From assembly GCF_009834535.1 (NCBI RefSeq), contig NC_045697.1, positions 119,786,001 to 119,850,000 of the forward strand: a stretch of 64,000 nt of DNA. Reading direction: 5' to 3'. Shown in pieces: positions 41,591 through 56,400 of this stretch (position 1 is its first letter; each line of letters opens with the position of its first letter). The notes below the pieces were generated by a model that saw only the letters and a program-made list of their open reading frames with translations, was not told the origin of the DNA and searched no databases. Position numbers and translations under genes: made by a program. Origin of the DNA: Camelus ferus. Lineage: Eukaryota.

Positions 41591-44279
41591 CTCCACGCAT
41601 ATTTCAGGGGGCACAGGTGTTCCTAGGCTGTGGGACGTCGGAAAATTACCTCAAATTCTCATGGGGAATATCTCACTGCTGCTACGAAATACAGCCAAAC
41701 CCACAGCTTTACCTCGCAGCTAGGCGTGTTAAAACACTCACGGAAAAGGAAATACTGGTGCTATTAGAACCCAGGCGCTGGTGATATTTGTAGAATCCTC
41801 CCCACACTCAGGATAGCAGAACACATCTTTGTGTGTGTGATGGTGTAGAAAAATAAACTACAGGCATATTTCTGGGGGTATAGCTGTTCCCAGGTTTGGA
41901 GATATCGCCTAATTAACTCCACTGCCAATGGGGAGGCAATCTATACTTCTTCGCTTTGAAGACCATCTCCCAAATTTACCCTACAGCCCGGCAAAAAAAC
42001 ACCTAGGGATGACAATATTAGTGATTCTATGAGAAAATGGGCGCTGCTGACTTTTGGAGGTACATCACAGACTCAAAATTCCGGAGAAAAGATTTGCTTG
42101 TGGGAGGTGTGGAGACCAACACCACAAGATGCCTGGGGGCACAGTATCTCTCTGTTTGGGAGAAGTCCGCTAATTAACTCTACAGTCAATCTCTGGGCAC
42201 TCGTTGCTAGTTTTCTTTCCAGCCGAACCCCCAGCTTTCCCTCGCAGCCCGCCTTGGAAAACACTCAGAAATAATAAGTTAATGGTTCTATTTGAACACA
42301 AGCACTGCAAACCGTTTTAGGAACCTCCGCACATGCAGGATAACATAAAAATGTTTTTGTGTCTCATTGAGATGGTAAAAGCTCCACGCATGTTTAAGGG
42401 TGTACTGGTGTTCCTAGGTTGTGTGAGGTCAGATACATCCCACTACAGCCCATGGGGAAGTAGTCAGTCCTGCTTGGCTTTCCTGCCGATCCACCAGTTT
42501 CCTATGCAACCCTGCCTGAGAAAAATGTCAGGAAATGTAGCTAAAATTTCTATCAGAACCCCAGTGCTACAGTCTGTTGCAGGAACTTCCACACACACAG
42601 GATTCCCAAACACGGCTTTGCTTGGAAGGGTTTTGAAGCACCAATCAACACACATGGCTGGGGGCACAAGTTTTTCCCTGTTAGGGAGAATTCCGCTAAT
42701 TAGCTCTACAGTCCATCTCGGGCAAATTCTGCTACTTGGAATTCCAGCCCAACCCCCAAGTTTCCCTTGCAGCCCGGCCTGGGTTAAAACAGGAAAAAGT
42801 AGCTAGTGGTGCTATTCGAACCCATGCCCTGCTGAAAAGTGTGGAAACCTTCGAACACTCAAGATAACAGAACACATTTTTCTGTGTGTGATGGAGTAGG
42901 AAAACACACTCCAGGCAATTTTTGGGGATCCAGGTTTTCCCAGGTTTGGAGATGTCAGCTAGATTCCTTCAGTGCCCATGGGGTGGCACTGTATTCTTCT
43001 TCGTTTTCAAGCCCAACTCCCAGTTTCCCTTGCAGCCCGGACAAGTGAAACACCCATAGATGACAAATAAGTGATTCTATCAGAACCCCGGCTTTGCTGT
43101 CTGTTGGAGGAACCTCCAAAACTTCAGGATTCTGGAACACGTCTTTGAGTGTGGGGAGCTGTGGACCCCAATCCACGCAGATGGATGGGGTAACAGTTTG
43201 TCCCTGTTAGGGAGAAGTCCACTAATTACCTCCACAGTGCATATTGGGGCACTCGAATCTTCTTAGATTTTCAGTCTATCCCCCAGTATTCACACGCAGA
43301 CCGGCCTTGTAAAACACTCAGTGATAATAAGCTAGGTTTCTATTGGAACCCAGGTGCTGCAGACAATTGTAGGAACCTCCCCACTCTCAGAATAACAGAA
43401 CAATACTTTGAGTGTCTGATTTAGATGGGTAAACTAAATCCACGCATGTTTCAGGATTTATAGGCGTTCCTAGGTTGTGGGAGTTCGGATATTTACATCC
43501 ACAGTCCATGGGGAATCCCTTGCATTTGCTTGGATTCCAACACAACCCCCAGCGTTCCCTCCAATCCCGGCCTGTGAAAACACTCAGGGAAAAAAGCTAC
43601 AGATTCTAAACAACTAAGGCGCTCCTGACAGTTGTAGAAACCTCCCTACACTAAGGAAAACAGAACACAGCATTGTGTGTGTGATGGAGTAGATCAACAC
43701 TGTAAGGCATGTCTCTGGGGTGTAGGTTTTCGCAGGATGGGAAATGTTGGTTAAGTATCTCCAATGCCCATGGGGAAGCACTCTCTTCTTCTTCGATATC
43801 CAGCCCTATTCCTAGCATTCCCTTGCAGCCCGACCGTCGAAAACACCCAGGGATGAGAAACTAATTTATTCTATCAGAACCAGGGCGCTGCTGTATGTTG
43901 GAGGAACCTCCAAACACTCAGGATTAACAAACACGTCTTTGCTTGGGGGAATTGTGAAGCCCCACAACACACACATGGCTGAGGGCACAAGTTTTTCCCT
44001 GTTAGGTAGAAGTCCGCTAATTACCTTTACAGACCATCGTGGGGCACTCGCTGCTATTTGGATTTCCATTCCAACCCGAAGTTTTCCCTTGCAGCCCGGC
44101 CTGGGGAAACAGACATGGAAAAGAATCTACTGGTGAGATTAGAACACATGCGCTGCTGACAATTGTGGAAACCTTCGAACACTCAGAATAACAAAGCACA
44201 TCTTTCTGTGTGTGATGGAGTAGTAAAACACACTCCAGGCATTTTTCTGGGGATCCAGTTTTTCCCAGGTTGGTGGATG

Positions 44280-47200
44280 TCGGCTAGTTTCCTTCAATGC
44301 TCATGGGGAGTCACTGTCTTCTTCTTCATTTTCAAGCCCAACTCCCTGATTTCCCTTGTAGCCCGGACATGTGAAACACACAGTGATGAAAAATAAGTGA
44401 TTCTATTCGTACTCCGGCATTGCTGTCCGATGGAGGATCCTACAAACCCTCAGGATTCTGGAACAAGTCTTTGCATGTTGGGAGTTGTGGAGCCCCAATC
44501 CACGCAGAAGGATGGGGTAACAGATTTGTCCCTGTTAGGGAGAAGTCCGCTAATTACCTACACAGTGCGTCTTGGGGCACTCGCTGCTTCTTGGCTTTTC
44601 AGCCAATCCATCAGAATTCACTCGCAGCTCGGCATTTGAAAACACTCCGGGCAAGTAAGCTAGGGTTCTATAGGAACCCAGGTGCTGCAGACAGTTGCAG
44701 GAACCTTCCCAAACTCAGGATAACAGTACAATTCGTTGAGTGTATGATACAGATGTGTAAACTTACTCCACGCATGTTTCAGGTGGTTCAGGCGTTCTTA
44801 GGTTGTGGAATTTCGTATAATTCCCTCCACAGTCCATGGGGAGGCACTTGTACTTGCTTGTATTTCCAGCCGTACCCCTAGCGTTTCCTCGCAGCCCGGC
44901 CTGGGAAAAACTCAGGGAATAAAAGCTACAGGTTCTGTTAGAACAAAGTTGATCCTGAAAGTTGTAGAAACCTCCCCACGCTAAGGAAAAGAGAAGACTT
45001 TTTGTGTGTGTGATGGAGTAGGAAAACACACTAAAGGCATGTTTCTGGCGTGCAGGTGTTCCCAGGAAGGGAGATTTTGGCTAATTACTTCCACTGCCCA
45101 TGGGGAGCCACTCTGATTTTCTTCGTTTTCCAGCCCTACTCCCAGCATCCCTTGCTGCACGGGTTAGGAAGACACCCAGTTATGACAAACTAAGTAATTC
45201 TATCAGAACACCGGCGCTGCTGTCTGTTGCAGGAACCTCCACACACACAGGATTCCCAAACACGGCTTTGATTGGGGAGATGTGAAGCCCCACTCCACAC
45301 ACATGGCTGGGGGCACAAGTATTTCCCTGTTATTGAGAAGTCAGTTAATTACCTACACAGTGCATCTTGGGGCACTCGATGCTTCTTGGCTTTTCAGCCA
45401 ATTCCTCAGTTTTCACTCTCTACCTGGTCTCGGAAAACACTCAGGAAAGGAAAGCTACAAGTTCTATTAGAACCCAGGCGATCCTGACAGTTGTAGAAAC
45501 CTCAACATACTAAGGAAAACAGAATACTCCTTTGTGTGTGTGATGGAGTAGGAAAACACACTAAAGGCATGTTTCTAGGGTGAAGGTGTTCCCAGGATGG
45601 GAGATGTTGGCTAATTACCTCCACTGCCCATGGGGAAGCACTCTCTTCACTTCGATTTCCAGCCCTAAACCTAGCATTCCCTTGCATCCCGAGCGTGGAA
45701 ATCAACCAGGGATTAAAAATCTAAGACATTCTTTCAGAACCAGGGCGGTGCGGTCTGTTGGAGGTACCTCCAAACACTCACGATTCCGGAACACGGCTTT
45801 GTTGGGGGGAGTGTTGAAGCCCCACAACACACTCACTGCTGGGGGCACATGATTTTCCCTGTTAGGGAGAAGTCTGCTAATTACATCCACAGTCCATCTA
45901 GGGGCACTCGCTGCTACTTGGCTTTCCATAAAAACCCCCAGCTTTCCCTCACAGCCCGACCTGGGTAAAAACTCAGGGATAAAATGCTATTGGTTGTATT
46001 GGAACCCAGGCGCTACCTAACATTGTAGGAAACATCCCACACCTAGGATAACAGAAGAAATCTTTCTGGGTCGGATGGAGTTGTGTAAACAAACTCCACG
46101 CATGTTTTGGGGGGCACAGGTGTTCCAAGGTTGTGGGACGCCGGAAAAATACCTCACAATTTCATGGGGAGTAACATGCAACTTCTACGAATTTCAGCCC
46201 AACCCACATCTTTACCTCGCAACCAGGCCTGTGAAAACAATCATGGAAAAGAAAATACTGGTGCTATTATATCCCAGCCGCTATTCACATTTGTTTAAAC
46301 CTCCCCACAGTCAGGATAGCGGAACACATCTTTGTGTGTATGATGGTTTAGAAAAACACACTCCAGGCATGTATCTGGGGGTACAGCTTTTCCCAGGTTT
46401 GGAGATGTCGCCTAATTACCTCCACTGCCAATGGGGAGGCACCCTCTACTTCTTTGCTTTCCAGACCAACTCCCAAATATCCCTTGCATCCCGGCCTAAG
46501 ATAACACCTAGATATGACAATATTAGTGATTCAATCAGAACACCGTCGCTGCTGTCGTTTGGAGGTAACCAACACACTCAAAATTCCGGAACACGGCTTT
46601 CCTTGGGGGAGGTGTGGAGCCCCACACCTCACAGATGCCTGGGGGCACAGGAATTCCCTGTTTATGAGAAGTCCGCTATTTACCTCTACAGTCAATCTCT
46701 AGGCACTTGTTTCTACTTGGCTTTCCAGCCGAAACCCCAGTTTCCCACGCAGCCCGCCCTGGCAGACACTCAGAAGAAATAAGCTAGTGGTTCTAATGGA
46801 ACACAGGCACTGCAGACCGCTGTAGGCACCACCGCACACGCAGGATAACAGAATATATTTTTGAGTCTGATTGAGATGGTAAAACCTCCACGCATGTTTC
46901 AGGGGGTACAGGTGTTCCTAGGTTGTGGGAGGTCAGATACTTCCCACTACAGCCCATGGGGAGGAAATCGCTCCTGCTTGGCTTTCCAGCCCATCCCCAG
47001 TTTCCCTTGCAAACCGGCCTGAGAGAACACTCAGAAAATGTAGCTTAATTTTTAATTAGAACCCAGGCGCTGCTGACAGTTGTAGAATCCTCCCGATACA
47101 CAGGGTAACAGAACACTTCTTTTTGTGTGTTATGTAGTAGGAAAACACACTCCATGCATGTATCTGGGGTGCAGGTTTAACCAGGTTGGGAGACGTTGGC

Positions 47201-50200
47201 TAATTATCTCCAGAGTCCATGGGGAGGCACTCTGTTTTTCTTGGTTTTCCAGCCCTACTCCCAGCTTTCCCTTGCAGCCCGGATTAGGAAACACCCAGGG
47301 ATGGCAGACTAATTGATTCTATCAGAACCCTGGCGCTGCTGTCTGTTGGAGGGACCTCCAAACTCACAGGATTCCCAAACATGGCTTTGCTTGTGTGAGT
47401 TATGATCCCCACACCACACTCAAGGCTGGGGGCACAAGTTTTTCCCTGTTAGGGGGAAGTCCGCTATTTAGCTGAACAGTCCATCTCGGGGCACTCCCTG
47501 CTACTTGGATTTCCAGCCCAACCCCCAGGTTTCCCTTGCAGCCCGGCCTGGGTTAACACAAAGGGAAAAGAAACTAGTGGTGCTATTAGAACCCATGCGC
47601 TGCTGACAATTCTGGAAACCTTCGAGCACTCAAGATAACTGAACACATCTTTCTGTGTGTGATGGAGTAGGAAAACACACGCCAGGCATTTTTCTGGGGA
47701 TCCAGGTTTTCCCAGGTTGGGAAATGTCAGCTAGTTTCCTTTGCTGCTCATTGGGAGTCACTGTCTTCTTCTTCGTTTTCAAGCCCAACTCCCAGCTTTC
47801 CCTTGTAGCCCGGACTAGTGAAACACCCAGGGATGAAAAATAAATGATTCTCTCAGTACCCAGGCGTTGCTGTCTGTTGGAGGATCCTCCAAACCCTCAG
47901 GATTCTGGAACAAGGCATAGCATGTTGGGAGTTGTGGAGCCCCAATCCACGCAGAAGGATGGGGTCACAGATTTGTCCCTCTTAGGGAGAAGTCCGCTAA
48001 TTACCTCCACAGTGCGTCTAGGGTCACTCGATGCTTATTGGCTTTTCAGCCAATCCCCCAGAATTCACTCGCAGCCCGGCCTTTGAAAACACTCAGGGAA
48101 AGTAAGCTAGGTTTCTATAGGAACCCAGGTGCTGCAGACAGTTGTAGGAACCTTCCCACACTCAGGGAACCAGAACAATTTTTTGAGTGTCTGATAGAGT
48201 TTGGTAAACTAACTCCACGCATGTTTCAGGTGGTACAGGTTTCTTAGGTTGTGGAAATTCGTATAATTACTTCCACAGTCCATGGGGTGGCCCTTGCAGT
48301 TGCTTGGATTTCCAGCCCTACCCCCAGCATTTCCTCGCAGCCCGGCCTGGGAAAAACTCAGGGAATAAAAGCTACAGGTTCTGTTAGAACAAAGTTGCTC
48401 CTGAAAGTTGTAGAAACCTCCCCAAACTAAGAAAAAGATAACACTACTTTGTGTGTGTGATGGAGTAGGAAAACACACAAAAGGCATGTTTCTGGGGTGC
48501 AGGTGATCCCAGGGTGTGAGATGTTGGCTAATTACCTCCACTGTCCATGTTGAGGCACTCTGATTTTCTTCGTTTTCCAGCCCTATTCCCAGCATCCCCT
48601 TGCTGCACGGGTTAGGAAAACACCCAGGGATGACAAACTAAGTAATTCTATCAGAACCCCGGCGCTGCTGTCTGTTGCAGTAACCTCCACACACACAGGA
48701 TTCCCAAAACCGGCTTTGATTGGGGAGTTGTGAAGCCCCACTCCACACACATGGCTGGGGGCACAAGTATTTCCCTGTTATTGAGAAGACATTTAATTAC
48801 CACCACAGTGCATCTAGGGTCACTCGATGCTTCTTGGTTTTTCAGCCAATTCCCCAGATTTCACTCTCAGCCCGGTCTCGGAAAACACTCAGGGAAGGAA
48901 AGCTACAAGTTCTATTAGAACCCAGGCGATCCTGACAGTTGTAGAAACCTCAACATACTAAGGAAAACAGAATACTCCTTTGTGTGTGTGATGGAGTAGG
49001 AAAATACACTAAAGGCATGTTTCTAGGGTTCAGTTGTTCCCAGGATGGGAGATGTTGGCTAATTTCCTCCACTGCCCATGGGGAAGCACTCTCTTCACTT
49101 CGATTTCCAGCCCTAAACCTAGCATTCCCTTGCAGCCCGACCGTGGAAAACACCCAGGGATTAAAAATCTAAGACATTCTGTCAGAACCATGGAGCTGCT
49201 GTTTGTTGGAGGAACCTCCAAACACTCATGATTACAGAAGACGGCTTTGTTGGGGGGAGTGGTGAAGCCCCAATGCACACTCAGTGTTGGGGGCACATGA
49301 TTTTCCCTGTTAGGGAGAAGTCTGCTATTTACATCCATATTCCATCTAGGGGCACTCACTGCTATTTGGCTTTCCATAACAACCCCCAGATTTCCCTCAC
49401 ATCCCGGCCTGTTAAACACTCATGGATACTATGCTATTGGTTTTATTGGAACCCAGGCCCTACCTATCATTGTAGGAAACATCCCAAATTTAGGATAACA
49501 GAAAAATTCTTTGTGGGTCTGATGGAGATGGGTAAACAAACTCCACGCATGTTTTGGGGGCACAGGTGTTCCAAGGCTGTGGGACGTCGGAAAAACACCT
49601 CAAATTTTCATGGGGTGTAACTTTCTGCTTCTACGAATTTCAGCCCAACCCACAGCTTTACCTCACAGCCAGGCCTGTGAAAACAATCACGGAAAAGAAA
49701 ATACTGGTGCTATTATATCCCAGGTGCTGTTCACAGCTGTAGAAACCTCCCCACACTCAGGATAGCGGAACACATCTTTGTGTGTATGATGGTTTAGGAA
49801 AATACACTCCAGGCATGTTTCTGGGGGTACAGCTTTTCCCAGGTTTGGAGATGCCGCCTAAATACCTCCACTGCCAATGGGGAGGCACTCTTTACTTCTT
49901 CGCTTTCCAGACCAACTCCCACATATCCCTTGCAGACCGGCCTAAGAAAACACCTAGTTATGACAATATTAGTTATTCTATCAGAACCCCGTCTCTGCTG
50001 TCGGTAGGAGGTTCCCAACACACTCAAAATTCCGGAACACGGCTTTGCTTGGTGGAGGTGTGGAGTCTCACACCACACAGATGACTGGGATCACAGGAAT
50101 TCCCTGTTTATGAGAAGTAAGCCTATTACCTCTACAGTCAATCTCTAGGCACTTGTTTCTACTTGGCTTTCCAGCCTAACCCGCAAGTTTCCCTCGCAGC

Positions 50201-50760
50201 CCGCCCTGGAAGACAGTCAGAAGAAATATTCTAGTGGTTCTAATTGAACACAGGCACTGCAGACCATTGTAGGAACCACCGCACACGCAGGATAACAGAA
50301 CATATTTTTGTGTCTGATTGAGATGGTAAAACCTCCACGCATGTTTCAGGGGGTACAGGTATTTCTATGCTGTGAGAGGTCAGATAATTCCCACTACTGC
50401 CCATGGGGAGTAAATCGCTCCTGCTTGGCTTTCCAGCCCATCCCCAGTTTCCCTTGCATCCCAGCCTGAGAGAACACTCAGAAAATGTAGCTTAGTTTTT
50501 AATTAGAACCCAGGCGCTGTTGACAGTTGTAGAAACCTCCCAATACACAGGGTAACAGAACACTTCTTTTTGTGTGTTATGTAGTAGGAAAACACACTCC
50601 ATGCATGTTTCTGGGGTGCAGGTTTAAGCAGGTTGTGAGACGTTGGCTAATTATCTCCAGAGTCAATGGGGAGGCACTCTGTTTTTCTTCATTTTCCAGC
50701 CCTTCTCCCAGCTTTCCCTTGCAGCCCGGGTTAGGAAAACACCCAGGGATGACAAACTAA
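44280..50760 (+). repeat. Two tandem copies of a distinct 13-mer HOR (I-J-M2-N2-B3-A-B-C-D-E-F2-G2-H, ~3.45 kb)
   Basis: Homologous ORF offsets are 3447-3448 (44397/47844, 45272/48720, 45502/48950, 47125/50572). Private variants include TTCTGTTAGAACAAAGTTG, TGTTATGTAGTAGG and CACGCAGAAGGATGGGG. Confidence 0.9.
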
Positions 50761-50764
50761 ATCA

Positions 50765-53422
50765 TTCTATCAGAACCAGTGCTCTGCTATAAGTGTGGAG
50801 GAACCTCCAAACACTTAGGATTCCGGAACACGGATTTGCTTGTTGCGAATTGTGAAGCCTCACGGCACACTCAATCCTGGGGCCCAAGATATTCCCTTTT
50901 AGGGCCAAGTCCACCAATTACCTCCATAGTCCATCTCGGGGCACTCGCTGCTACTTGGATTCCCAGCCCAACCCCCATTTTTCACTTGAAGCCGGGCCTG
51001 GGGTTACACAGAAGGAAAAGAAGCTATTGGTGTTATTAGAACGCATGCCCTGCTGACAATTGTAAAAACCTTCGAACACTCAGGATAACAGAACATATCT
51101 TTCTGTGTGTGATGGAGTAGGAAAACACATTCCAGGCATTTTTCTGGGGTTCCAGGTTTTCCGAGGTTGGGAGATGTCGGCTAGTTTCTTCAGTGCCCAT
51201 GGGGTGGCACTGTCTTCTTCTACATTTTCAAGCTCAACTCCCAGCTTTCCCTTGCAGCCCGGACAAGTGAAACACCCTTGGATGACAAATAAGTGATTCT
51301 ATCAGAACCCCGGCGTTGCGGTCTGTTGGAGGATCCTCCAAAGCTTCAGGATTCTGGAACACGCCTTTGAGTGTGGGGAGTTGTGGAACCCAAATCCACG
51401 CAGATGGATGGGGTCACAGATTTGTCCCTGTTAGGGGGATGTCCACTAATTGCCTCCACAGTGCATCTTGGGGCACTCGCTGCTTCTTAGATTTTCAGTC
51501 TATCCCCCTGTTTTCAAACTCAGCCCATCTTTGTAAAACACTCATTGATAATAAGCTAGGTTTCTATTGGAACCCAGGTGCTGCAGACAATTGTAGGAAC
51601 CTCCCCACACTCAGAATAACAGAACAATAGTTTGAATGTCTGATTTACATGGGTAAACTAAATCCACGCATGTTTCAGTTTGTATAGGAGTTCCTAGGTT
51701 GTGGGAGTTCAGATATTTACATCCACTGTCCATGGTGAGTCCCTTGCAGTTGCTTGGATTCCAGCCCAACCCCCAACGTTCCCTCGCATCCCGTCCTGTG
51801 AAAACACTCAGGGAAAAGATGCTACAGTTTCTATTAGAACTAAGGCGCTCCTGACAGTTGTAGAAAACTCCCTACACTAAGGAAAACAGAGCACAGCTTT
51901 GTGTGTGTGATGGAGTAGGAAAACACTGTAAGGCATGTCTCTGGGTTGCAGGTGTTCGCAGGATGGGAAATGTTTTCTAATTACCTCCAATACCCATGGG
52001 GAAGCACTCTCTTCTTCTTCGATATCCAGCCCTAATCCTAGCATTCCCTTGAAGCCCGACTGTGGAAAACACCCAGGGATGACAAACTAATTGATTCTAT
52101 CAGAACCCAGGCGCTGCTGTCTGTTTGAGGAACCTCCACACACACAGGATTCCCAAACACGGCTTTGCTTGGAAGAATTTTGAAGCCCCAATATACACAC
52201 ATTCCTGGGGCTCAAGTTTTTCCCTGTTAGGGAGAAGTCCGCTAATTAGCTCCACTGTCCATCTCGGGCATCATCTGCTACTTGGAATTCCAGCCCAACC
52301 CCCATGTTTCCCATGCATCCCGGCCCGGTGTAAAACAGAGGGAAAAGAAGCTATTGGTGCTATTCGAACCCATGCCCTGCTGACAATTGTGGAAACCTTT
52401 GAATACTCAGGATAACATAACATATCTTTCTGTGTGTGATGGAGTAGGAAAACACATTCCAGGCATTTTTATGGGGATCCATGATTTCCCAGGTTGGGAG
52501 ATGTCGGCTAGATTCCTTCAGTGCCCATGCGGTGACACTGTCTTCTTCTTCGTTTTCAAGCCCAACTCTCAGTTTTCCCTTGCAGCCCGGACAAGTGAAA
52601 CACCCATGGATGACATATAAATGATTCTATCAGAACCACGGCGTTGCTGTCTGTTGGAGGAACCTCCAAACCTTCAGGATTCTGGAACACGTCTTTGAGT
52701 GTGGGGAGTTGTGGAACCCCAATCCACGCAAATGAATGGGGTCACAGATTTGTCCCTGTTAGGGAGAAGTCTGCTAATTACTTCCACAGTGCATTTTTGG
52801 GCACTCGCTGCTTCTTAGATTTTCAGTCTATCCGCCAGTTTACATTCACAGCCTGGCCTTTTAAAACACTCATTGATAATAAGCTAGGTTTCTATTGGAT
52901 CCCAGGTGCTGCAGACAATTGTAGGAACATCCCCACACTCAGAATAACAGAACAATAATTTGAGTGTCTGATTTAGATAGGTAAACTAAATCCACGCATG
53001 TTTCAGTTTGTATAGGCGTTCCTAGGTTGTGGGAGTTCGGATAATTACATCCACTGTCCATTGGGTTTCCCTTGCAGTTGCTTGGATTCCAGCCCAACCC
53101 CCAGCATTCCCTCGCATCCCGGCCTGTGAAAACCCTCAGGGAAAATAAGCTACAGTTTCTATAAGAACTAAGGCGCTCCTGACAGTTTTAGAAACCTCCC
53201 TACACTAAGGAAAACAGAACACAGCATTGTGTGTGTGATGGAGAAGAAAAACTCTGTAAGGCATGTCTCTTGGGTTCAGGTGTTCGCAGGTTGGGAATTG
53301 TTGGCTAATTACCTCCACTGCCCTTGGGGAAGAACTCTCTTCTTCTTCGATATCCAGCCCTAATCCTAGCATTCCCTTGCAGCCCGACCATGGAAAACAC
53401 CCAGGGATGACAAACTAAATCA
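50765..53422 (+). repeat. Local 5-mer periodicity (I-J-M-N-B, ~1.33 kb x2)
   Basis: M-type monomers start at ~51296 and ~52625, and homologous ORFs lie at 51316/52644 (offset 1328). B is followed directly by I at ~52095. Confidence 0.8.
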
Positions 53423-56400
53423 CTCTATCAGAACCAGGGTCCTGCTGTATGTTGGAGGAACCTCCAAACTCTCAGGATTCCGGAACACTGATTGGCTTGT
53501 TGCGAATTGTGAAGCCCCACAGCACACTCATTGCTGGGGCCCAAGATTTTCCCTTTTAGGGCTAACTCCGCTAATTACCTCCATAGTCCATCTCGGGGCA
53601 TTCGCTGCTACTTGTATTTAAAGCCCAAACCCAAGCTTTCCCACGCAGACTGGCCTAGGAAAGCACACAGAGAAAATATGTTATTGGTTGTAACGGAACC
53701 CAGGCTCTACCTACCGTTGTAGGAATCTTCCCACAACTAGGATAAAAGAAGAAATATTTGTGTGTCTGATGGAGATGGGTAAACAAACTCCAAGCATTTA
53801 TCAGGGTGCGTACGGTTTCGAAGGCTGTGGGACGTCGGAAAATTACCTCAAATTCTCATGCGTACTAACTCGCTGCTGCTACGAATTACAGCCAAGCCCA
53901 CAGATATACCTGGCAGCCAGGCCTGTGAAAAAACTCATGGAAAACAAAATAATGGTCCTACTATAACCAAGCCGCTGCTGAAATTTGTAGAATACTCTGC
54001 AAACTCACGATAGCAGAACAAATTTTTGTGTGTGTGATGGTGTAGGTAAATACACTACAGGCATTTTTCTGGTGTTACAGCTGTTCCCAGGTTTGGAGAT
54101 GTCGCCTAATTACCTCCAATTGCAATGGGGAGGCACTCTATACTTCTTCACTTTCCAGAACAACTCCCAGAATTTCTTTGAAGCCCGGCCTAAGGAAACA
54201 CCTATGGATGACAATATTATTGATTCTATGAGAAATCCCGCTCTGCTGCCTGTTGGAGGTACAACACACACTCAAATTTCCGGAAAATGGCTTTGCTTGT
54301 TGGAGGTATGGAGACAAACACCACAAGATGCCTGAGGGCACAGTTACTCTCTGTTTGGGAGAATTCCGCTATTTACATTTACAGTCAATTTCTGGGCAAT
54401 CCTGACTACTTGACTTTCCAGCCGAACCCCCATTTTCCCACGCAGCCCGCCCAAGAAAACACTCAGAGATTATAAGCTAGTGGTTCTATTGGAACCCAGG
54501 CACTGCAGACCATTTTAGGAAGCTCCGCACACGCAGGATAACAGAACACTTGTTTTGTGTCTGATTGAGATTCGAAAAACTCCACGCATGTTTCAGGGGG
54601 TACAGGTTTTCCTAGGTTGGGGGTGGTCAGATTATTCCCATTAATGCCCAAGGGGAGGTAATCGCTCCTGCTTGGATTTCCATCCCATCCCCCAGTTTCC
54701 CTTGCAACCCAGCCAGAGAAAGCAGTCAGGAAATTTAGCTAAAGTTTCTATTAGAACCCAGGCGCTGCTGACAGTTGTAGAAACTTCTCCATACACAGTT
54801 TAACAGAACACTTCTTTGTGTGTGTTATTGAGTAGGAAAACAGAGTCCATGCATGTTTCTGGGGTGCAGGTTTAACCAGGCTGTGAGACGTTGGCTAAGT
54901 ATCTCCACAGCCCATGGGGAGGCACTCTGTTTTTCTTCGTTTTCCAGCCCTACTCCCAGGTTTCCCTTGCAGCCCGGGTTAGGAAAACACCCAGGGATGA
55001 CAAACTAAATAATTCTATCAGAACCAAGGTGCTGCTGTCTGTTGGAGGAACCTCCACACACACAGGATTAACAAAAACGTCTTTGCTTTGGAGAATTGTG
55101 AAGCCCCACTCCACACATATGTCTGAGGGCACAAGTTTTTCCCTGTTAGGTAGAAGTCCGCTAATTACCTCTACAGACCATCGTGGGGCACTCGCTTCTA
55201 CTTGGATTTCCATCCCAAACCCCAGGATTCCCTTGCAGCCCGGCCTGGGAAAACACACAGGGAAAAGAATCTACTGGTTCTGTTAGAACACATGCGCTTC
55301 TGACAATTGTGGAAAACTACGAACACTCATGATAACAGCGCACATCTATCTGTGTTTGATGGAGTATTAAAACACACTCCAGGCATTTTTTGGGGATCCA
55401 GTTTTTCCCAGGTTGGGAGATATCGGCTAGATTCCTTCACTGCCCATGGGGATGCATTGACTTCTTCGTTTTCAAGCCCAACTCCCAACTTTCACTTGCA
55501 TCACGGTCTAGGATTTTACCCAGGGATGACAGTCTATGTGATTTTATCAGAGCTATGATGCTGCTGTCTTTTTTAGGAAATTCCAGACCCTTAGGATTCT
55601 GGATCACGGCTATACTTGGGGGTAGCTTTGGAGACCCACACCACAGAGATGGCTGGGGCACAGATTTTTCCCTGTTAGGGAGATGTCCCCTAATTACTTC
55701 CACAGTCCATCTCGGGTCACTCACTGCTACATGGCTTTCCAGCACAAGTGCAGCATTCCCTCGCAGGCCGGCCTGGGAAAACAATCAGGGATAATAACCC
55801 AGTGGTTCTATTGGAACCCAGGTGCTGCAGAACATTGTAGGATACTCCGCACACCCAGGAAAACAGAACACTTCTTTGTGTGTCCATTGAAGTTTCGTAA
55901 AAATACTCCTCGCGTGTATCAGGGGTTAAGGTGTTGCTAGATAGTGGGAGTTCGGATAATTCCCACCAAAGCCCATGGGGAGGCACTCGCTCATGCTTGG
56001 CTTTCCAGCCCAAACCCCAGGTTTCCCTCTCAGCCCGGCCTGGGAAAACACTCAGGGATTATATGCTACTGGTTTTATGGGAACCCATTAGCTAACTACA
56101 GTTGTAGGCTCCTTCCCACATCTGGGAAAACAGAAGAAATCTTTGTGTGTCTGATGGAGATGGGTAAACAAAATACACGCATATTTCAGGGGGCACAGGT
56201 GTTCCAAGGCTGTGGGACGTCGGAAAATTACCTCAAATTCTCATGGGGAGTATCTCAATGCTGCTACGAAATACAGCCAAACCCACAGCTTTACCTCGCC
56301 ACTAGGCGTGTGTAAACACTCACGGAATAGGAAATACTGGTGCTATTAGAACCCAGGCACTGCTGATATTTGTAGAATCCTCCCCACACTCAGGATATCA

